Assembly: GCA_944392815.1 (NCBI GenBank)
Contig: CALXXY010000001.1
Coordinates: forward strand, 64,001-128,000
Reading direction: 5' to 3'
Origin: an uncultured Alphaproteobacteria bacterium
GTDB taxonomy: Bacteria > Pseudomonadota > Alphaproteobacteria > Rs-D84
DNA: 64,000 nucleotides
How positions within the stretch are numbered: the first letter of the stretch is position 1; every line of letters begins with the position of its first letter. A model generated the notes under the pieces. The model saw nothing but the letters and a program-made list of their open reading frames with translations, was not told the DNA's origin and ran no database searches. Shown in pieces: positions 61,304 to 64,000 of the stretch. Position numbers and translations under genes: made by a program.

Positions 61304-62129
61304 CTAACTTTCTATTGATTATATCTTTGTAATGATCATACAATTCATATCCTACAAAATGTCTCTTGTTTTCTTTTGCAACTTTAAGTGTCGTTCCGCT
61401 ACCAGCGAAAGGATCCAGTATCAATTCACCAACAAAAGAATACAATCTAATCAATCTGCGAGCTATTTCTTCTGGCATAATCGCTGAATGTATACCAAAA
61501 GCAAGGTCTCCTTTTCCGGGAATTGGGATATTCCAGATCTGCTTTGTATACTCAACCCACTCTTGTTGTGTCAGTTGACTGGCATCTTTTATTTCTTGCG
61601 GCAAACCATTTTCAGGATTCCCCTCCTTCACAAATACTACTATGAATTCACACGAATTCTGAGCATAAAAATTACGTGGATATGGGTAGCTACCAAACAT
61701 CAATTTCTTTGACGAATTTGTTCTATTCCATATAAATAAATCTAACAAAAACAATTTGGTATTTTTTAATATTGACTGTTGTATGTGACTCTGCAAATCA
61801 AAAATGTCCCTGTTATAGTGCGTGCACATTTGGGATTTCAACATCGGCATCAACGGAACATTTATACACAATTTACCGTTTGGCTTCAACACCCTTTCGC
61901 ATTCTTTCCAAATTTTTACCAAACCAGCAATATAATCATCAAAATCGGCATAAGCCCCCATATCATCACACTTCCTTTCAGAATGTTTACAATCTTGGTG
62001 GCCATCTTTACTGTAATCTTTTATGTTAAAATATGGCGGAGATGTCACAATAACCTGAACCGAATTATCCGGCAATTCCGACATTTTTTCCGAACTTTTG
62101 TAGAAAACTTTATCGATGTATTCTTTCAT
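61275..62129 (-). CDS. N4-cytosine DNA methyltransferase, M2.MboII-like
   Basis: TSPPY, DPFAGSGTT. Confidence 0.85.
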   Translation of the reverse strand: MKEYIDKVFYKSSEKMSELPDNSVQVIVTSPPYFNIKDYSKDGHQDCKHSERKCDDMGAYADFDDYIAGLVKIWKECERVLKPNGKLCINVPLMPMLKSQMCTHYNRDIFDLQSHIQQSILKNTKLFLLDLFIWNRTNSSKKLMFGSYPYPRNFYAQNSCEFIVVFVKEGNPENGLPQEIKDASQLTQQEWVEYTKQIWNIPIPGKGDLAFGIHSAIMPEEIARRLIRLYSFVGELILDPFAGSGTTLKVAKENKRHFVGYELYDHYKDIINRKLGASDGLFGD

Positions 62130-62381
62130 TTTCTTTCCTTGTTAAAAACTTAGCCCAAAACAATGGATAATGTCAAGCTAACAATCATAAAACACATAAG
62201 TCTTTGATATTATATAACACTTGAAAAAATTACTGTTTTTGTGTATGATTTCATTGTTTGCCAGAGAGTTTCCTTTTTGGCTTAGTGCATTGCCGTAATG
62301 CCTATTAGAAAGGGAGGCAATATAATATTGTATCTGAGCCCGATGAGCTTGAACTCATCAAATAACAAAAAGGATGTCAAC

Positions 62382-62492
62382 ATGGTAAAATACCAAATTG
62401 GCAGAAGTGCTGTGACAGGACGTTTTGTACCAGTTAGGGCTGCGCAAAACAAACCTCGCACACACGTTGTTGAAACTATAAAGAAAAAGTAG
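62382..62492 (+). CDS. Small basic peptide (36 aa)
   Basis: MVKYQIGRSAVTGRFVPVRAAQNKPRTHVVETIKKK; AAGGA RBS; TTGAAA-17-TATGAT promoter at 62221-62249. Confidence 0.7.
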   Translation: MVKYQIGRSAVTGRFVPVRAAQNKPRTHVVETIKKK

Positions 62493-62558
62493 TTTTAACG
62501 TTCTCTCTGGCAGACATTATACCACATTTTCAACAAAAAGTATACTGTAAATTACTAT

Positions 62559-63443
62559 TTATCCAAATACAAATCGTTCTGCATTACGTTTTTGGGTTTC
62601 ATTAAAAAGTTTTACTAGCACATCTGGACAACGTGCAGCTTCACCAGTTATAGAACACCTGAAAGCATCGCTTATTACTACAGGTATACCCTTCATCATG
62701 ACTTTTAACAATCTTGTTCTCGATTCTTCTGCCATAGGTCCAGCAGTCAATGTAAGCATGAGTTTGGATGATATCGGCAAAAATATCTGTGAATGCGGCA
62801 AATCAAAGCCTGTTATTTCACCTTTATATTCTATACTTGCCAAATGGTTATTCAATATCGTTGGATTATCAGATGTAATAAACTTTTCTTTTCCCGTAGC
62901 TTTTAACAACAACCATTCCATTGATGCTATGGCATCACGAACATCCCCATTATGCTCCACATCGTATAAAAAATTATAACTTATCACTCTGGCTACATTG
63001 TCATCTACCCCGACATCTTCGCAACAAAGTGTTTTTTTCACGTTTCCATCTGCATCTACTAGATCAAACAATGGTATATTATTTGCTTGTAAAAAAGCTT
63101 TAACATGATTTACATATTTTCGTGTTCTGTAAAATTGGCATAAAATCAAATCTTCCAAAATTTGAAAATTTTCGTCTGTGAACCACCCAATTGATTCTGT
63201 TTTCACAATTTTATCAACAATTGGAGCAGCCTTATCTTCCAAACCTGCATATTGTTTTTCTAATGATACCTTTCCCTTATTTGTATTCAAATTATAAAAA
63301 TACTTTTCTTGTGCGACATTCATGATATTTGCAGAATATGTCTTGTTTTCGATCAAGTCTGTTACGTCAATGGTCTTGCCATCTGCACAAAAGTGTTTCA
63401 ATAAGAACCTTGGTACATAATGTTGCCTTTTTGTATCTGCCAT
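62559..63443 (-). CDS. DUF4238 domain protein
   Basis: RQHYVPRFLLKHF, FITSDNP, FLPISSKL. Confidence 0.82.
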   Translation of the reverse strand: MADTKRQHYVPRFLLKHFCADGKTIDVTDLIENKTYSANIMNVAQEKYFYNLNTNKGKVSLEKQYAGLEDKAAPIVDKIVKTESIGWFTDENFQILEDLILCQFYRTRKYVNHVKAFLQANNIPLFDLVDADGNVKKTLCCEDVGVDDNVARVISYNFLYDVEHNGDVRDAIASMEWLLLKATGKEKFITSDNPTILNNHLASIEYKGEITGFDLPHSQIFLPISSKLMLTLTAGPMAEESRTRLLKVMMKGIPVVISDAFRCSITGEAARCPDVLVKLFNETQKRNAERFVFG

Positions 63444-63569
63444 TTATATTTCCACGCTATCTGCACATACGACGTATAAAAAGGCGATTGGTGGACATAC
63501 GATACACCAAAATACGAACCAGCCTTTTTTAATAAAAACTGCTTTTCTTGGTTCTTGTTGTTTTGCCAT
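63444..63569 (-). CDS. Small membrane peptide upstream of DUF4238
   Basis: GAGGT RBS, MAKQQEPRK..WFVFWCIVCPPIAFLYVV; stop abuts next start. Confidence 0.5.
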   Translation of the reverse strand: MAKQQEPRKAVFIKKGWFVFWCIVCPPIAFLYVVCADSVEI

Positions 63570-63900
63570 CTTATACCTCGTTGTTTTGTAATTTTTTTCT
63601 TTTTTAACCATAGTATAAAGCCGGTGTTTTAGCAACTGATTTTGATTAACTAAATCGTAACGATATCGTGGACGAAATCGTTTACGATATCGTAAAAAAC
63701 AGAATGTATTCTCTCACACGATTTCGTTACGAGAGAATGTATATAATGTACTCTTTTTTATACTATTGAATACTGTTTTTGACCAATCTAAAAATGTACA
63801 TATTTGCATACTACTTTCCATTTTTACACAACAGTACACAATAAAAACCCCTAATTTCTGCGTATTACAGCCGATTTTTTTGACACTGGAACTGTTGCTA

Positions 63901-63943
63901 TTAATCCGTATGTCACTGGTTCGAGTCCAGTTGCCCGAGCCAA
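63901..63943 (+). repeat. attR: duplicated 3' half of tRNA-Asn
   Basis: ttaatccgtatgtcactggttcgagtccagttgcccgagccaa identical to 58726-58768. Confidence 0.92.
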
Positions 63944-64000
63944 AGATTTCCCGCAGACTTCTGCGGATTTTTTTGTTGTTTTGGGGGTGTTGATACCCCT

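Larger units (their letters stand above)
58726..63943. mobile_element. ~5.2 kb genomic islet integrated at tRNA-Asn, no integrase
   Basis: 43-bp direct repeat of tRNA 3' half at 58726-58768 and 63901-63943 plus duplicated terminator; visibly AT-richer; R-M cargo. Confidence 0.9.

Noticed and set aside
63901-63943. Second tRNA-Asn gene
   Set aside because: Only the 3' half is present; it is the att duplication.

Overview
Chromosomal window of a streamlined Alphaproteobacterium. LpxI, the frr-uppS-cdsA-rseP-bamA order and the Cys-rich secreted paralogs suggest a host-associated lineage such as Rs-D84/Enterousia (inference). It carries housekeeping genes (ackA, rne, rph, frr, uppS, cdsA, rseP, bamA, recG, dnaB, birA, lpxI, ligA, fabI), four tRNAs (Lys, His, Ala, Asn) and a surface-polysaccharide locus (GT2, three RgpF-like genes, glf). 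Scattered VirB8/VirB11-like genes, two Cys-rich two-gene cassettes among palindromic repeats and a ~5.2 kb integrase-less island in tRNA-Asn encoding an MboII-like R-M system are also present. The standout is a ~12 kb podovirus-like virion module (33.8-46.1 kb: hydrolase, holin-like, scaffold, capsid, tail tube A/B, internal protein, terminase, portal). It has no integrase, replication or repressor module and is interleaved with host genes, so it is a candidate domesticated gene-transfer-agent-like system. Its large terminase is cleanly split into ATPase and nuclease genes by an oppositely oriented dnaB block bounded by an in-frame 9-bp direct repeat, and a histone-H1-like gene sits between scaffold and capsid. 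Several unannotated structured RNAs are also visible: an anti-SD sRNA, a c4/CI-like leader, and a fold-back small-peptide mRNA. All family assignments come from motif recognition, not database searches.
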